From an uncultured Planctomycetaceae bacterium (lineage in GTDB: Bacteria > Planctomycetota > Planctomycetia > Isosphaerales > Isosphaeraceae): a stretch of DNA of 64,000 nt. The stretch's first letter is position 1; every line of letters starts with the position of its first letter. This document shows positions 63,424 to 64,000 of the stretch, piece after piece. Where the stretch lies: positions 448,001 to 512,000 of the forward strand of contig CAWIAD010000001.1 in NCBI GenBank assembly GCA_963833985.1. The letters run 5' to 3'. The notes beneath the pieces are model-generated. The model saw nothing but the letters and a program-made list of their open reading frames with translations, was not told where the DNA came from and made no database searches. The position numbers were made by a program, and so were the translations under genes.

Positions 63424-63622
63424 GGCTTGTTTCTTCGCTCGCAATTTACCAGTTGCACGTCCATACCGACGCGGCTTCTGTAGCCTGGAATTCCGGGGCA
63501 CGCCCTTCAACCGTGCGGTAGAATTCAAGGACGCGGAGATCTGCGGGACTGAGGATCTGGCTTTCCGGTCCGCGTCCGGGTTCGTGATCTGGCGCGACAT
63601 TTCCCTCGGAAGGACCAATCTC

Positions 63623-64000
63623 ATGCGACGGCAACTGGCACTGGTGGTCTTCGGCGCGTTCCTGTCGCTGGTGGGGGCAGGGCAGGCCCGGGCTCAGTCG
63701 GTCGTGGGCGGGCCGATGACGCCGTCCTACCGGGTGAGCGACTATTTCGCGGCACCCGGTCTGTACGGCACAAGCTACGGATTCGCCAGCTACGGCGTGC
63801 CGCGCACGTTCACCACGTTCTCAGCCTATCCGGGCCCCTCTTACGGGTCGAACCTGCCCGGGTACGGCTTCCTGCCCGGCCGCTATGGCGTTGGCCTCTG
63901 GCGGCCCGGCTTCAGCGCACCGGGCTACGTTTACGGGACCCCGACGTCGTGGAACTCGTTCACCACCTTCCCCGTGGTGTACAGCACGGGGCTGACCGTG
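63623..64000 (+). CDS. Gly/Tyr/Pro-rich exported hypothetical protein (runs off the window end)
   Basis: AAGGA RBS, then MRRQLALVVFGAFLSLVGAGQARAQ signal peptide and an open frame to 64000. Confidence 0.65.
   Translation, partial: MRRQLALVVFGAFLSLVGAGQARAQSVVGGPMTPSYRVSDYFAAPGLYGTSYGFASYGVPRTFTTFSAYPGPSYGSNLPGYGFLPGRYGVGLWRPGFSAPGYVYGTPTSWNSFTTFPVVYSTGLTV

Overview
GC-rich bacterial DNA, very probably from a planctomycete (Isosphaeraceae-like). The evidence is an LExRxLL-type export motif, a DUF1559-type gene, a DUF4058/Uma2-type gene, an ASPIC/UnbV FG-GAP protein and a planctomycete-type ECF sigma factor. All family calls come from motif recognition, not database searches. About 15 single-base frameshifts fall in otherwise intact genes (pfp, gnd, gcvPA and others), which points to long-read indel errors, so split ORFs are reported as joined genes. 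In order, the window holds: an ECF sigma, PPi-phosphofructokinase, a GT87-like glycosyltransferase, gnd, a Ser/Thr kinase, a repeat-rich accessory stretch with a Phd/VapC toxin-antitoxin pair, a cNMP-TrxB-like reductase, a SpoIVB/S55 peptidase plus beta-propeller pair, DUF1559 and HAD genes, a DHOD-like plus DHDPS-like pair, a ~3750 aa surface protein with an atypical subtilase domain, the gcvT-H-PA-PB operon, an IS4-family element interrupted by an IS1634-family element, a Uma2 nuclease, a yehLMPQ-like MoxR/VWA/SWIM operon facing a DUF4132 gene, a penta-haem cytochrome/TPR plus ASPIC-UnbV pair and a DUF4058 gene. The most unusual signals are non-coding. (1) The IS4 element sits in a GTAG-REP hairpin whose 20-bp core is duplicated in inverted rather than direct orientation. 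(2) A 17-bp tag (GCACGAAGGGGCCACCC) delimits repeated modules that bracket cassette-like cargo, including the TA pair. No CRISPR array, rRNA or tRNA was seen.
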